A stretch of DNA of 62,628 nucleotides, filler included. It is 3 parts of 3 records of this genome, joined end to end, with 100 filler letters (N's around TTAATTAATTAA, not from the genome) between each part and the next. Parts side by side here need not be neighbours in the genome. Positions count along the whole stretch, not along the records: positions 29,545 to 56,067 come from SRR22947727_496; 2 more parts are not named here. The stretch is one strand, 5' to 3'. This document shows positions 31,080 to 42,267 of this stretch, in pieces (position 1 is the first letter of the stretch; each line of letters opens with the position of its first letter). Both the position numbers and the translations under genes were made by a program. Under the pieces are notes generated by a model that was not told the origin of the DNA, did not search any database, and was given only the letters and a program-made list of their open reading frames with translations.

Positions 31080-32447
31080 ATGCAAAAAGATATTGTAGAG
31101 CAGAATAAAGAAATTATCACAGTTGGTGAGTTAAACCGATCTGCTAAATACTTACTAGAGGATGCTTTTTCAAATATTGCTGTAATTGGTGAAATATCTA
31201 ATATATCTAGACCTAGTTCAGGTCATATTTATTTTACTCTTAAAGATGAAGATGGTGCTATTGGATGCGCAATGTGGAGATCACAAGCAACTAAGCTAAA
31301 TTTTAAACCCGAAGATGGTGATAAATGTATTTTAAAGGGTCAAGTAAGTCTTTATCCTGCAACTGGTCGTTATCAATTAATGGTTAAATCAATTGAACAG
31401 GCGGGCTCAGGAAATTTAATGCATCAATTTGAGCAACTAAAAAAGAAATTAGATTCTGAAGGCTTATTTGATGTATCAAAAAAACTTTCGCTACCTAAAT
31501 CTCCTAAGCATATTGGTGTAATAACTTCAGCCTCCACTGCTGCTTTTCAAGATATTTTGAGTACTATAAAAAGAAGAGCGCCCTCTTCACAGATATCTCT
31601 TAGTCCTGCTGTTGTTCAAGGAGATGCAGCTGCTGGTAGTTTAATCAAAGCCTTAGATAGAATTATAAAATTCAATGAAAACAACCCAGAGAACTCCATC
31701 GATGTTGTTATTATTGCCAGAGGTGGTGGATCAATAGAGGATTTATGGTGTTTTAATAATGAAGATCTTTCAAGGCAAATTGCTTTATTTCCAATACCAA
31801 CTATTTCAGGAGTTGGTCACGAAATTGATTTTACAATCTGTGATTTTGTATCAGATATGCGAGCCCCAACTCCAACAGCATCAGCCGAGATAGTTACAGA
31901 GTTTAGCTTTCAAGTATTTGATAAGCTATCTGAGATTCAGAATAACTTACATAGATTTATAAGAATATCTTTAAAAGATAAGTTGCAAAAAATTCAATTT
32001 TTAAAAGGCAACATCAAAAATCCATTACTTATTTTAAGAGAGCAGAGTCAAAAAATTGATAATTATGAGTTAAAGCTTAAACAAAATATGAAATTAAATT
32101 ATTCTAATAATAAGCAAAGATTCAACCTGGCTATTTCAAAATTTAGAGAAAAAAGTCCAGTAGCTTCAATACAAGAAAATTATTCTAAAATAAACAATAT
32201 TAAAGAACTTATAAAAAGAAGTATCAAATTAAAGGTGTCTAAAAATATTTCAGCACTTAGAGAATTTGAAAAAAATCTAGATATTTTAAATCCGCTATCT
32301 ATTCTTGAGAGGGGGTATTCAATAATTCAAAATAAATTAGGAAGTTCAATAAAGTCTATATCTGAAGTTGAATCTGGAGATATTCTGACAGCAAGACTTA
32401 ATAAAGGTTTTCTTGATATTGAGGTTAAAAACAAAAAGGATGCATAA
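31080..32447 (+). CDS. xseA: exodeoxyribonuclease VII large subunit
   Basis: GEISN..SGHIYFTLKD, ARGGGSIEDLW.FN, SGVGHEID, RAPTPTA, L.RGYS. Confidence 0.96.
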   Translation: MQKDIVEQNKEIITVGELNRSAKYLLEDAFSNIAVIGEISNISRPSSGHIYFTLKDEDGAIGCAMWRSQATKLNFKPEDGDKCILKGQVSLYPATGRYQLMVKSIEQAGSGNLMHQFEQLKKKLDSEGLFDVSKKLSLPKSPKHIGVITSASTAAFQDILSTIKRRAPSSQISLSPAVVQGDAAAGSLIKALDRIIKFNENNPENSIDVVIIARGGGSIEDLWCFNNEDLSRQIALFPIPTISGVGHEIDFTICDFVSDMRAPTPTASAEIVTEFSFQVFDKLSEIQNNLHRFIRISLKDKLQKIQFLKGNIKNPLLILREQSQKIDNYELKLKQNMKLNYSNNKQRFNLAISKFREKSPVASIQENYSKINNIKELIKRSIKLKVSKNISALREFEKNLDILNPLSILERGYSIIQNKLGSSIKSISEVESGDILTARLNKGFLDIEVKNKKDA

Positions 32448-33234
32448 GAATCTATTTCTTTTTTCTTTATTTTTATACACTTGTAGTTTATTCAGTAAAA
32501 TTGTTATAGATCCAGGTGAAATATTTGCTATAAAAGTAGATGATTGTCCAAATATACAAACACAAAGAGAGCTTTTTGTTGCTTTCGAAGGAAATAAGTA
32601 TGTAATTCTTCCTGCCCCTTTTACAAATGATGAATTGGTAATTAATAATTATTGTCTTCCAATTAAAGTTAATAAAAAAAAATTTGGTGAATCAAGAATT
32701 ACTATTGAAGATACATCGATGGTTGATTTAAATAAGAGTGATTCAGAAAGAGCATTTAAAGAATCACAATTAATCAAACAATCTTTAAATACATACTCAA
32801 AAGATTTGCAGCCATCTCTACATTTTATATCTCCGGTAAATGGTGTAATTTCAAGCCGATATGGTAAGCAAAGGTATATAAACGAAAAGCCTAGATCGCC
32901 CCATCTTGCTTTAGATATTGCAGCAATAGAAGGTACTCCAATTATTGCTCCTTCTTCTGGAAGGGTTATCTTAATTGGAGATTTTTTTTACTCTGGGAAC
33001 TATCTTATCCTTGATCATGGAAATGGTTTACTGTCATCCTATAGCCATATGTCTAAAGTTTTTGTAGGTAAAGATGAAATTGTTGAGCAGGGTCATGTTA
33101 TTGGAGAGGTTGGGTCTACAGGAAGAGTAACGGGCCCTCACCTTCACTGGTCGGTATATCTTTCAAAAAAAAGAATCAATCCTGAATCTTTGATTAAAGA
33201 AAATTATTTAGAATCTTTATTTGATAGATTCTAA
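32440..33234 (+). CDS. M23 family peptidase
   Basis: H.ALD, YSHM, GSTGRVTGPHLHW; signal peptide from the ATG at 32440. Confidence 0.9.
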   Translation: MHKNLFLFSLFLYTCSLFSKIVIDPGEIFAIKVDDCPNIQTQRELFVAFEGNKYVILPAPFTNDELVINNYCLPIKVNKKKFGESRITIEDTSMVDLNKSDSERAFKESQLIKQSLNTYSKDLQPSLHFISPVNGVISSRYGKQRYINEKPRSPHLALDIAAIEGTPIIAPSSGRVILIGDFFYSGNYLILDHGNGLLSSYSHMSKVFVGKDEIVEQGHVIGEVGSTGRVTGPHLHWSVYLSKKRINPESLIKENYLESLFDRF

Positions 33235-33660
33235 GATGGAATTTAAGCTATCTTTTGTTTGAGGTCTAAATAAAGATTTAACCACTTCACCTTTTGGATT
33301 TATAAAGAATGTTGCAGGAACAGCTGGAGGTGTTTGAATACCCCATATTTCTCTTGGGTGTGAAATTAATGAGGGCAAGGAAATTTTAAATTTTTTTGCT
33401 ACCGGTGCTAGGTCCTCAGCATCAAGCTCATCAAAATTGAAAACATAAACAAGTGTATCTTTATTTTCTTGCGCAAATTCAAATAATTCAGGTAGTTCTT
33501 TAATACAAGGAGCACACCAATCTGCCCAATAATTGATAACAATCCACTGTCCTTTTAATTTTTCTATTGACGTATTTTTACCGTTAAATATCTCAATATC
33601 ATTTTTTTGGCAACCAAATAAAATGAATAGACATAACAAGGGTATAATTTTAGCTTTCAT
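33217..33660 (-). CDS. TlpA-like thioredoxin (probable lipoprotein)
   Basis: WADWCAPC..ELP, cis-Pro P.TFFI; LFGC lipobox-like sequence. Confidence 0.88.
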   Translation of the reverse strand: MKAKIIPLLCLFILFGCQKNDIEIFNGKNTSIEKLKGQWIVINYWADWCAPCIKELPELFEFAQENKDTLVYVFNFDELDAEDLAPVAKKFKISLPSLISHPREIWGIQTPPAVPATFFINPKGEVVKSLFRPQTKDSLNSILESIK

Positions 33661-33688
33661 TGACAACATAATAGGCTAAAAAATTAAT

Positions 33689-34288
33689 ATGGAAAATAAA
33701 TATTTATTAATTCTTTTTTATTCTGCGGGCGGTTCAGTAAGAAAAATTGCCCACGCTATTGCTGATGGAGCGGAAGAACATAACTTAAACGTAAAAATAA
33801 GAACTGTTCCTAAAGTTTCATCGGTTTCGGAACAAGTTGAACCTGAAATACCCGAGAAGGATGAAATATACTGCACAAAAGATGATTTAATAAACTGCAG
33901 CGGCCTTGCTTTAGGCTCTCCTACAAGATTTGGTTCAATGGCTTCGCCTTTGAAATATTTCCTGGATTCTACAGGAGATTTATGGGCATCAAATACTCTT
34001 GAAAATACCCCAGGTATTGTTTTTACATCAACAGGATCAATGCATGGTGGTCAAGAAATAACTCAGTTTAATTTATTAACTTATATGCTTCATCATGGGA
34101 TGATTATTCTTGGGTCCCCTTACTCAATAAAACAATTAAATGATACAAAATCTGGTGGAACACCTTATGGCCCATCCCATGTAGAGAGTTTTAATAACTC
34201 TAATAAACTAACTCCACATGAATATGAAATTGCAAAACTAACTGGCTCTAGGATTGCTAAATTTATAACTAAATTTAATGCTTACTAA
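33689..34288 (+). CDS. wrbA: NAD(P)H:quinone oxidoreductase WrbA
   Basis: GSPTRFG, FTSTGSMHGGQE, GGTPYG. Confidence 0.93.
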   Translation: MENKYLLILFYSAGGSVRKIAHAIADGAEEHNLNVKIRTVPKVSSVSEQVEPEIPEKDEIYCTKDDLINCSGLALGSPTRFGSMASPLKYFLDSTGDLWASNTLENTPGIVFTSTGSMHGGQEITQFNLLTYMLHHGMIILGSPYSIKQLNDTKSGGTPYGPSHVESFNNSNKLTPHEYEIAKLTGSRIAKFITKFNAY

Positions 34289-34610
34289 TAAAACCCTAAG
34301 AGTGTGTGCAAATACTCTAATTTTTTTATTAATCTTTGTTAAATTTATAACAGTTATAGATGGAAGAACTGAAATGTTCTTTTTTATTTTTTGGTCATTT
34401 CCTTTTTTAATCTTTTTGCCTTTTGCCAATAAGCTTTCAATCAAGGCATATCAAAGCTTTGCTTTTATAATTCTTATTTACTTTATGTCCTCATCCTTAC
34501 GAGTATTTGGAATTACTCCATATATATTTGATTTAGTTGAGATAATTTTAATAGTTTCATTTTTTATATTTTCTATCTTTGCTCCTAAAAATATACGTAA
34601 AAATATGTAA
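34278..34610 (+). CDS. DUF2069-like membrane protein
   Basis: Four hydrophobic segments; follows wrbA as in many Gammaproteobacteria. Confidence 0.6.
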   Translation: MLTNKTLRVCANTLIFLLIFVKFITVIDGRTEMFFFIFWSFPFLIFLPFANKLSIKAYQSFAFIILIYFMSSSLRVFGITPYIFDLVEIILIVSFFIFSIFAPKNIRKNM

Positions 34611-34676
34611 AGCTTACTTTACATTTAATCCGCTCTAATCTATCATCAGTTACCTTATTCGTTGGAGAAATATATT

Positions 34677-36509
34677 ATGACAGAGAAAAAATCAATTTGG
34701 GCTATAGCAGATGGCTTTCTTACCAAAACCAGAAAGATCATTGTAAATTCAGTTACTGCTTTAGTATTAATAGTAATTACTTTTTCCATTTTAGGTGGTG
34801 TTGGCTCAATGTTTGGCAGCCAAGACGAAATAGATACAAAAGATAAAATTCTTTGGTTTAAGCCTATTGGCGTTGTTGTTGACTCTGAAGTAAACATTGG
34901 TGGTAATTTTGATCTAAATACTATTCTTAATGAGGCAAATGCAGTAGATCAACATGAGTTGCAAGATTTATTAGACGTTTTAAACAATGCTGCAACTGAT
35001 GAAAACCTTGCGGCAGTTTATGTGAATGTATCTGAACTTGGAATGTATTGGGCATCAGCATTTAAATTAGCTGAAGCCGTAAAAAATGTAAAAGATAGTG
35101 GGAAAAGGGTTATAGCATACGCAGAACAATATGGTAATGCTTCCTATTTAATAAGTTCTCAAGCCAATGAAGTTCTTATTAATGAGTATGGGCAAGTCAG
35201 CGCCTTTGGTTTTACAAGAAAAAGAGAGTACTACAAAGACTTATATAAAAACTTAAAGTTAAATTATAACGTTTTTACAGCAGGTGATTTTAAGTCGGGA
35301 CCGGAACCATATACCAGAGACTCTATGTCAGAAAGTGATAAGTTAGCATGGAATGAATTTGCAAATCCTATGTGGGAAAAAATGACTGCCATGATGGAAG
35401 ATGGAAGAAAGCTTCCGGATGGCTTTATTCAACAATATGGTGATACTGCTATTGATCTTATGACAGATAATCCTGAAGTTGCTCAAGTAGCACTTGAGCT
35501 TGGTTTAGTTGATATGGTGGTTACTAGAGAAGGAATAAAAGCTTGGATGTTTGAGGAGTATCCAAATAAAGATAATGATAAATATTCTTTTCCAGATAGC
35601 ATCTCAATATATGACTACTTATCAACTATTGAGAAAGATGAAGAACCTTCAAAAAATAAAATAGCAGTAATAAATGTTGAAGGTGCGATTATGACTGGAG
35701 AAGCAGCATATGGTATTGCTGGTTCCGATACTATCGTAAAAAATATTCAATCAGCAACAAAAGATAAAAATGTTAAAGCAATGGTTTTAAGGGTTAATAG
35801 TCCTGGCGGTGATGTGTGGGCAAGTGAATTGATTACTAATGCATTAAATGAATTCAAAGAAACAGACAGGCCTATTATTTCTTCTATGGGAGATATAGCT
35901 GCATCAGGTGGTGTTTGGGTGACAACGAACTCTGATGAAATTTGGGCTGAAGAAGATACTTTGACAGGATCCATCGGAGTTTATGGAATCGTTCCAACTT
36001 TAGATGGAATCTATGATTGGGCAGGCATAAAGGTAGATGGCGTAAGTTCTACTAAAGCTGGTGAATGGGATGAAAGAGAGGCTATGCCTGAAAATATAAC
36101 CAATTTAATTCAATCAAGTATTGATAGGACTTATTTTAAATTTGTAAATAAAGTTGCTGATAATAGGGATATGTCATATGAAGATGTACTCCCAATTGCT
36201 GGTGGAAGAATCTGGTCTGGATATAAAGCACTAAACTTAGGACTTATAGACAAGATTGGTGATCTTAAAGATGCCTTAGATTCTGCTGCAAAATTTGCAG
36301 AAATTGAAGAATATTCAGTTAAAACTTATAAAAAACCATTGGATCCATTTGAATTATTTATTAATGAATTGCTAGATAACATAAACATAAAAATTAACAT
36401 TGATCCAAGATTGAAATTAATAAATTCAACTCTAGAAAAACACTTAAAAATAATAGATCCGAATAAAAAGAATATTTTAGCTTATTGTTTTGACTGCGAA
36501 ATTAAATAA
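34677..36509 (+). CDS. sppA: signal peptide peptidase SppA (67K type)
   Basis: G.FKS..EP, LRVNSPGG, SMG.IAASGG, TGSIGV, GRIWSG; start uncertain (34662 or 34677). Confidence 0.93.
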   Translation: MTEKKSIWAIADGFLTKTRKIIVNSVTALVLIVITFSILGGVGSMFGSQDEIDTKDKILWFKPIGVVVDSEVNIGGNFDLNTILNEANAVDQHELQDLLDVLNNAATDENLAAVYVNVSELGMYWASAFKLAEAVKNVKDSGKRVIAYAEQYGNASYLISSQANEVLINEYGQVSAFGFTRKREYYKDLYKNLKLNYNVFTAGDFKSGPEPYTRDSMSESDKLAWNEFANPMWEKMTAMMEDGRKLPDGFIQQYGDTAIDLMTDNPEVAQVALELGLVDMVVTREGIKAWMFEEYPNKDNDKYSFPDSISIYDYLSTIEKDEEPSKNKIAVINVEGAIMTGEAAYGIAGSDTIVKNIQSATKDKNVKAMVLRVNSPGGDVWASELITNALNEFKETDRPIISSMGDIAASGGVWVTTNSDEIWAEEDTLTGSIGVYGIVPTLDGIYDWAGIKVDGVSSTKAGEWDEREAMPENITNLIQSSIDRTYFKFVNKVADNRDMSYEDVLPIAGGRIWSGYKALNLGLIDKIGDLKDALDSAAKFAEIEEYSVKTYKKPLDPFELFINELLDNINIKINIDPRLKLINSTLEKHLKIIDPNKKNILAYCFDCEIK

Positions 36510-37188
36510 CTTGTTTAATTAAAGGGATCGTAATTCTTCTTTTCATTTCCATTGAGAGCTGATCAAGGCTCTCAAGGATCTTAACTAAATCAGAAATATT
36601 TCTATTTGCATAAGTAAGCAAATACTGCGCCTCTTTATTACCCAGCTCTATAGATCTAAGATCGGCTATATACTTTAGAGCATTCAGAATTTCATTGTCA
36701 GAAAGGGGATGAAGCTCGTGACTTTGAATTTTTCTAAGCCTTGAATCAAGATCATTTAATTTAAAATTCATATTATGTATATTTTTAGAGGATGTAAAAA
36801 TTAGTCTATTATTTGAGTTTAGCGATCTATTAATAAGATTAAACATCGCCGTTTCCCATGCTTTATTTCCAATAACATGCTCAATTCCATCCAAACAAAC
36901 AAGCTCAATTGCCTCTAGTGAGTCAAGAATATCAGCACTTAGTTTTATTGCTTGCTTCATGGGTAAAAAGAGTGAAGATTTTCCATTATTGTTTACAAGA
37001 TTACACAGGGCTTGCAGTAAGTATGTTTTTCCTGAATCTTTAGGTCCAAAAATTAATAGATCATCAACAAAATCAGCATCTTGAAGCAAGTATAGTAATT
37101 GTTTGTTTGACTCTGTTGGGTAAAAACCTTTGAAGGAGGACTTATTTTCTTTATTCCATGGAAAGGTAAGCTGTTTTGGATTATTCAT
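36502..37188 (-). CDS. hda: DnaA regulatory inactivator Hda
   Basis: N-terminal QLTF clamp-binding-like motif, GKTYLL, DL.SRL, R.ITIP; located next to purM. Confidence 0.88.
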   Translation of the reverse strand: MNNPKQLTFPWNKENKSSFKGFYPTESNKQLLYLLQDADFVDDLLIFGPKDSGKTYLLQALCNLVNNNGKSSLFLPMKQAIKLSADILDSLEAIELVCLDGIEHVIGNKAWETAMFNLINRSLNSNNRLIFTSSKNIHNMNFKLNDLDSRLRKIQSHELHPLSDNEILNALKYIADLRSIELGNKEAQYLLTYANRNISDLVKILESLDQLSMEMKRRITIPLIKQVI

Positions 37189-37732
37189 TATGATATTCAT
37201 TCAAACTTGAGAACCAGTTTCGGGCATATACAAAAAGACTAAGTAAGGTAACTATTACGATGAAAATATCAAGCAGTAATAAGGAAGCAACAACTTTAAA
37301 GATCTCAAATATAAAAACAATAACAATATATGCTATTTGAAGCCCTGTAGTAAGCTTTCCTAAAATATTAGGAAGCGGTGTTTCGGATTCTATTAAAGTC
37401 ATATGGACGGCAGCTCCTAAAAGAATTGCTACGTCTCTTCCAATAAATATCACAAATATATATGAAGGAATGTATGAATTAAGCCATAGAAAAAGTATAG
37501 TTCCTGACAATAAAAGCTTATCAGCCACAGGATCTAATATGGTGCCTAGATAGGTTTGCCAATTCATTCGTCTTGCAAGAAACCCATCTAAAGCATCGGT
37601 CAAAGAAGCAATTAAAAAATAGCCAAGACTAACTAAAAAGTTGCTCATTAAAATATTATTTAAAATTGGGTAAACAAGCCCTATTCTTACTATTGATAAA
37701 AGATTTGGTATAAAGATAAAATATTTACTCAT
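37181..37732 (-). CDS. CDP-alcohol phosphatidyltransferase family protein
   Basis: IPNLLS..R, TDALDGFLAR....T.LG.ILDP.ADK. Confidence 0.92.
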   Translation of the reverse strand: MSKYFIFIPNLLSIVRIGLVYPILNNILMSNFLVSLGYFLIASLTDALDGFLARRMNWQTYLGTILDPVADKLLLSGTILFLWLNSYIPSYIFVIFIGRDVAILLGAAVHMTLIESETPLPNILGKLTTGLQIAYIVIVFIFEIFKVVASLLLLDIFIVIVTLLSLFVYARNWFSSLNEYHNE

Positions 37733-38748
37733 TTTAAATAAACTAAATTTAGTGCCTCTGATTTATTAAGATTATTAATATCAAAAAAACTATTATTTTG
37801 AACATCTCTTTGAAGGGAATTCATATCGCCTATAATAGTAGCTTTATACTCTATTGTATTATTTTTAAAGCTAAGAATCTCTAAATCAGATATAGCTATT
37901 AATTTTAATAATTTGTCTTTTGAAATTTTGTAATCTTCATATGTGTTTATGCCCGTCACGCCAATTTTAGTAACAAAAACATTGGTGGTGTCTATAACCA
38001 AATCTTTTAAAGCTTTAGATATAATAGATTCTAAATGCTTTAAAAAAATAGTTTCAATGTCTGTTTTGTATGACTCACTTGAAATAGCAGTATTTATATC
38101 TCCAGAAAAAGACCACTCGTTAAACCCTTGATTTATTAGTTTTATATCTAAAAGATTGTCAAAATCATATTTAGAAATTAGGTATTCTTTAGGGGAAGAT
38201 AAAATATTGAAGTCTGATAATATTCTTTGGTCTTCTAAATCAAAGATTGGTAACTCTAAAAAAATACCTCTTTGTTTTGAGATTCTATCAAGTGTATTTA
38301 TAAATATATTATCAATAGCTGTATTGGATTCTTGCGATATAAAATATGAAGTTTCTGCGCCTGACTCTACTTCAATTAAAAAAAATATCACTGGTCTTGA
38401 TTGACTAATAATTGGGATTGATAGTTCTTTAAACTTTGAAATTACCTTGTCTTGGTTAAATTTTACCTCTAAAAAACTATTACCATCATAGTTTTTAATA
38501 GAATAGCTGGTAATAAAATCTTTTCTAGAAGAACCGGAGTTTATAATCTTCCATATATTTGATGGTGAATTTGAGCCACTAACTCTAAAAATAAGATTGT
38601 TGAATGAGGAGTTGATAGTAGTTTCTATACTAGAAGAATTTTCAATGGGCTCATATATAGTAAAAAGTTCATTAAATTCCTTTCCAAAGGACAGATTAGA
38701 AAAGATAATAAGACCTACTATAAAATGTTTAATAAAATTGTTATGCAT
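37729..38748 (-). CDS. DUF2066-like exported protein
   Basis: Signal peptide, RVSG, V.F, RP motifs; divergent from purM as in Pseudomonas-type gene order. Confidence 0.6.
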   Translation of the reverse strand: MHNNFIKHFIVGLIIFSNLSFGKEFNELFTIYEPIENSSSIETTINSSFNNLIFRVSGSNSPSNIWKIINSGSSRKDFITSYSIKNYDGNSFLEVKFNQDKVISKFKELSIPIISQSRPVIFFLIEVESGAETSYFISQESNTAIDNIFINTLDRISKQRGIFLELPIFDLEDQRILSDFNILSSPKEYLISKYDFDNLLDIKLINQGFNEWSFSGDINTAISSESYKTDIETIFLKHLESIISKALKDLVIDTTNVFVTKIGVTGINTYEDYKISKDKLLKLIAISDLEILSFKNNTIEYKATIIGDMNSLQRDVQNNSFFDINNLNKSEALNLVYLK

Positions 38749-38771
38749 TTGTTTCACAATGAGTATTCTAA

Positions 38772-39803
38772 ATGACAAAAGAAATTATAGAAAATGATCC
38801 TTATAAATCTGCTGGTGTAGATATTGATGCAGGCAACGATCTTGTTGATCTTATTAAAGAGGATGTTGCCTCTTCCCACAATCACAATGTATTGGGAAAT
38901 ATTGGAGGATTTGCTGGTATGTTTAAACTCGATAAAGAATATAAAAACCCCATATTAGTTGCATGCACAGATGGCGTAGGAACTAAAGTAGCGCTCGCAC
39001 AAGAGTCTAATAAACTTGATAATATAGGACAAGATCTTGTAGGAATGTGCGTTAATGACTTGATTGTTTGTGGCGCTAAGCCTTTATTTTTTCTAGATTA
39101 TTTTGCCTCATCAAAATTAGAGGTTAGCGAAGCATCTAGGGTTATTAAAAGTATAGCTAAAGCATGTAGGGATTCCAGCTGCGCATTGCTTGGAGGTGAG
39201 ACTGCTGAAATGCCTGGTCATTATGTAGGAAAAAACTTTGATCTTGCAGGGTTTTCTGTTGGATGTGTTGATGAAGATAGAGTTATAAACAACAAAACTA
39301 TTAAAAAAAATGATGTTTTAATTGGGATTGAATCTAGCGGACCTCACTCGAATGGTTTTTCGCTTATAAGAAAAATAATCAAAGAAACAAAATTAAGTAT
39401 TGAAGAATATGATAATTTGGTTGACCAAGCATTGAAGCCCACTCACCTTTACCCCAATTTGATTATGGGACTTCTTGAAAAATTTACTATACATGGCATG
39501 GCACATATCACTGGAGGTGGTTTAACAGAAAATATACCAAGATCAATTCCAAAAAACCTTGCAGTAAATATTGATACTAATTCATGGCATATGCCTAAAA
39601 TTTTTAAATGGCTTCAAATTAATGGCCATCTAAGTAATCTTGATATGTATAGAATCTTTAACTGCGGAATTGGCATGGTTTTAATGGTAAGAGAAGAAGA
39701 CTCAGAGCTGCTAATGAAAGAAATTAGTAAGCATAATTTTAAATCTTTTATTATTGGAAATGTTGTTGATAAGGATGCTAATAATTCAATAGTTTTTAAA
39801 TAA
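38772..39803 (+). CDS. purM: phosphoribosylaminoimidazole synthetase
   Basis: YKSAGVDI, TDGVGTK, GGETAEMPG, HSNGFSL, HITGGG, FNCGIG. Confidence 0.97.
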   Translation: MTKEIIENDPYKSAGVDIDAGNDLVDLIKEDVASSHNHNVLGNIGGFAGMFKLDKEYKNPILVACTDGVGTKVALAQESNKLDNIGQDLVGMCVNDLIVCGAKPLFFLDYFASSKLEVSEASRVIKSIAKACRDSSCALLGGETAEMPGHYVGKNFDLAGFSVGCVDEDRVINNKTIKKNDVLIGIESSGPHSNGFSLIRKIIKETKLSIEEYDNLVDQALKPTHLYPNLIMGLLEKFTIHGMAHITGGGLTENIPRSIPKNLAVNIDTNSWHMPKIFKWLQINGHLSNLDMYRIFNCGIGMVLMVREEDSELLMKEISKHNFKSFIIGNVVDKDANNSIVFK

Positions 39804-39807
39804 TTTA

Positions 39808-40455
39808 ATGAAAAGTATTGTTGTTTTAGTTTCAGGTAGTGGTAGTAATCTTCAAGCCATAATTGATAATTGCAATATTAAATACATTAATGCTGAGATC
39901 AAATGCGTTATAAGCAACAACCCACACGCTTATGCTCTGCAAAGAGCAAATTCTGCAAATATTGATAATATTGCAATTAATCATAAAGACTATTTATCGA
40001 GAGATGAATTTGATAATGAGTTAATAAAGATTTTAGATGACTTAAATCCTGATTTAATAGTTCTTGCAGGTTTTATGAGGATCCTTACGGAAAAATTAAC
40101 TAATAAATTTATTGGGAAAATTATTAATATCCATCCCTCTCTATTGCCAAAATATCCAGGATTAAATACTCATCAAGAGGTTATAAAAAATAAAGATATC
40201 GTTCATGGTGTTTCAATTCATTATGTTTCTTCGGAGCTAGATTGCGGTCCACTTATTGCACAAGGAGAAATTAAAACAAAAACATTTGATGATATTAACT
40301 CTCTAGTAGATAGAATTCATAAAATAGAACATTTAATGTATCCTGAAATTATTAAATACATATGCGAAGATAAAATTTCACTAAATTCAAATCAAGTAAA
40401 ATTTAAAAACATAAAAACCAAAGATTGTATTATTTATAATAAATATGAAATATAA
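39808..40455 (+). CDS. purN: phosphoribosylglycinamide formyltransferase
   Basis: SGSGSNLQA, LAGFMRIL, INIHPSLLP, D.GP.I.Q. Confidence 0.96.
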   Translation: MKSIVVLVSGSGSNLQAIIDNCNIKYINAEIKCVISNNPHAYALQRANSANIDNIAINHKDYLSRDEFDNELIKILDDLNPDLIVLAGFMRILTEKLTNKFIGKIINIHPSLLPKYPGLNTHQEVIKNKDIVHGVSIHYVSSELDCGPLIAQGEIKTKTFDDINSLVDRIHKIEHLMYPEIIKYICEDKISLNSNQVKFKNIKTKDCIIYNKYEI

Positions 40456-41125
40456 ATTACTTTTAATTTTCGTTATTAGCTATGGAATCAATGCAATTGA
40501 AATATCTGACTATGAAGCAAGATATTCTTTTGAATCAGATGAGATTAATATTGAAGGTATAAGAAAGTTTTCTAAGAATGATAATGGCTATAGCATAGGC
40601 TTTAAAGCTAAAAATCTTCTTGCATCTATGAGCTTTGAATCTAGGTTTTTTATAAAAAACTCTAAGATCATTTCCAAAGACTACATCATTAAAGTTAAGC
40701 CTAAATTTGTAAACAGAGATCAAGAGATAATTTACAATTATGAAAATCAAACTCTTACTTCCATTGGAAGAGACTCATGGAATGTACCTCTAAACGCAGA
40801 TATTGAATCTGTTGATCCCTTGAGTGCTCAAATTCAAATTAGATTAAATCTACTTCAAGGAATGAATGAATTTTCATTAAAATTGTTAGAAGTAAGGAAT
40901 GGGGAGATACAGGACAATTTTTATAAAATAATAAGAAATGAATCATGTGTTTTAAGTGGGAACAACTACGAATGTGTTGTCTTAAAGAGGTTTAGAGAAA
41001 AAGAAAATAGAGAAACTTTATATTATCTAATTCCAGATCTTGATTACATGTTTCTTAAGATAATAGACACAGGGCCTGAAAGAAATCAAAAACTTGAGCT
41101 GCTAGAGATATTAAGTCTTGGGTAA
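40445..41125 (+). CDS. DUF3108-like exported protein
   Basis: Signal peptide, beta-rich pattern, DPLS..Q.R; follows purN. Confidence 0.55.
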   Translation: MKYKLLLIFVISYGINAIEISDYEARYSFESDEINIEGIRKFSKNDNGYSIGFKAKNLLASMSFESRFFIKNSKIISKDYIIKVKPKFVNRDQEIIYNYENQTLTSIGRDSWNVPLNADIESVDPLSAQIQIRLNLLQGMNEFSLKLLEVRNGEIQDNFYKIIRNESCVLSGNNYECVVLKRFREKENRETLYYLIPDLDYMFLKIIDTGPERNQKLELLEILSLG

Positions 41126-41680
41126 GGTTACTCCTGTTTGTCCTTGATACTTCCCACCCCTATCTTTATAACTTGTTTCACATTCTTCATCAGACTCAAA
41201 GAACAGCATTTGAGCAACACCTTCACCAGCATATATTTTAGCTGGAAGATTGGTTGTATTTGAAAATTCTAGTGTCACATGACCTTCCCATTCAGGCTCA
41301 AGAGGAGTGACATTGACTATTATTCCGCATCTAGCATAAGTTGATTTACCAAGGCATATTGTTAAGACATTTCTTGGAATTCTAAAATACTCAATTGTTC
41401 TTGCAAGAGCGAATGAGTTAGGGGGAATAATGCATATATCAGATTCTATATCGACAAAACTTTTTTCATCAAAAGATTTAGGATCAACTATTGCTGAATG
41501 AATATTAGTAAATACCTTGAATTCATTTGAACATCTAACATCGTAACCATAACTTGAAACACCATAAGAAATAAGCTTGTCCCCCTTCTCATCTATTCGA
41601 ACTTGATTCTCTGAAAAAGGCTCTATCATTTTTTTATTTTTAGACATCTCTGATATCCATTTATCTGATTTAATCGACAT
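41111..41680 (-). CDS. dcd: dCTP deaminase
   Basis: [33 protein letters not shown]. Confidence 0.97.
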   Translation of the reverse strand: MSIKSDKWISEMSKNKKMIEPFSENQVRIDEKGDKLISYGVSSYGYDVRCSNEFKVFTNIHSAIVDPKSFDEKSFVDIESDICIIPPNSFALARTIEYFRIPRNVLTICLGKSTYARCGIIVNVTPLEPEWEGHVTLEFSNTTNLPAKIYAGEGVAQMLFFESDEECETSYKDRGGKYQGQTGVTLPKT

Positions 41681-42266
41681 TTATTTCTGTTCTCCCTTGA
41701 ATTGCTCTTGCGATAGTATTTCCATCAACATACTCTAACTCTCCACCAATAGGAATTCCATATGAAATTCTAGATACTTTGATACCTTTTATATGATCTT
41801 TAATATAAATTGCAGTAGCATCGCCCTCTACAGTAGAGCTAGTTGCCAAAATAACTTCTTCAATATTTTCTAGCTTAATGAGTTTTAAAAAATCATTAAT
41901 ACCAAGGTCTTCAGGACTTACTCCCTCTATAGGTGAGAGCCTCCCAAGAAGAACAAAATATTTACCTCTATAACCTCCTGTAGACTCAATAGCTAAAATA
42001 TCAGACGGGCTTTCAACAACACAAATATTTGTAATATCCCTTGAAGTATCTGAACAAACTTTACATAAAATATTAGAAGTAAGCATTCTGCATCTTGAAC
42101 ACCTGCTAATATTCTCCAGTGCATCTAACATGGTATTTGCAAGAACACTTGCACCATCCTTATTTCTATCAAGTAAATATAATGCCATTCTTTGAGCTGA
42201 TTTTTTTCCAATCCCTGGGAGAATTGTTAAGGCATTAATTAGATCATTTAGGAGGTCTTGATGCAT
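41670..42266 (-). CDS. recR: recombination protein RecR
   Basis: [12 protein letters not shown]4 zinc finger, [21 protein letters not shown]. Confidence 0.96.
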   Translation of the reverse strand: MHQDLLNDLINALTILPGIGKKSAQRMALYLLDRNKDGASVLANTMLDALENISRCSRCRMLTSNILCKVCSDTSRDITNICVVESPSDILAIESTGGYRGKYFVLLGRLSPIEGVSPEDLGINDFLKLIKLENIEEVILATSSTVEGDATAIYIKDHIKGIKVSRISYGIPIGGELEYVDGNTIARAIQGRTEINVD

Positions 42267-42267
42267 T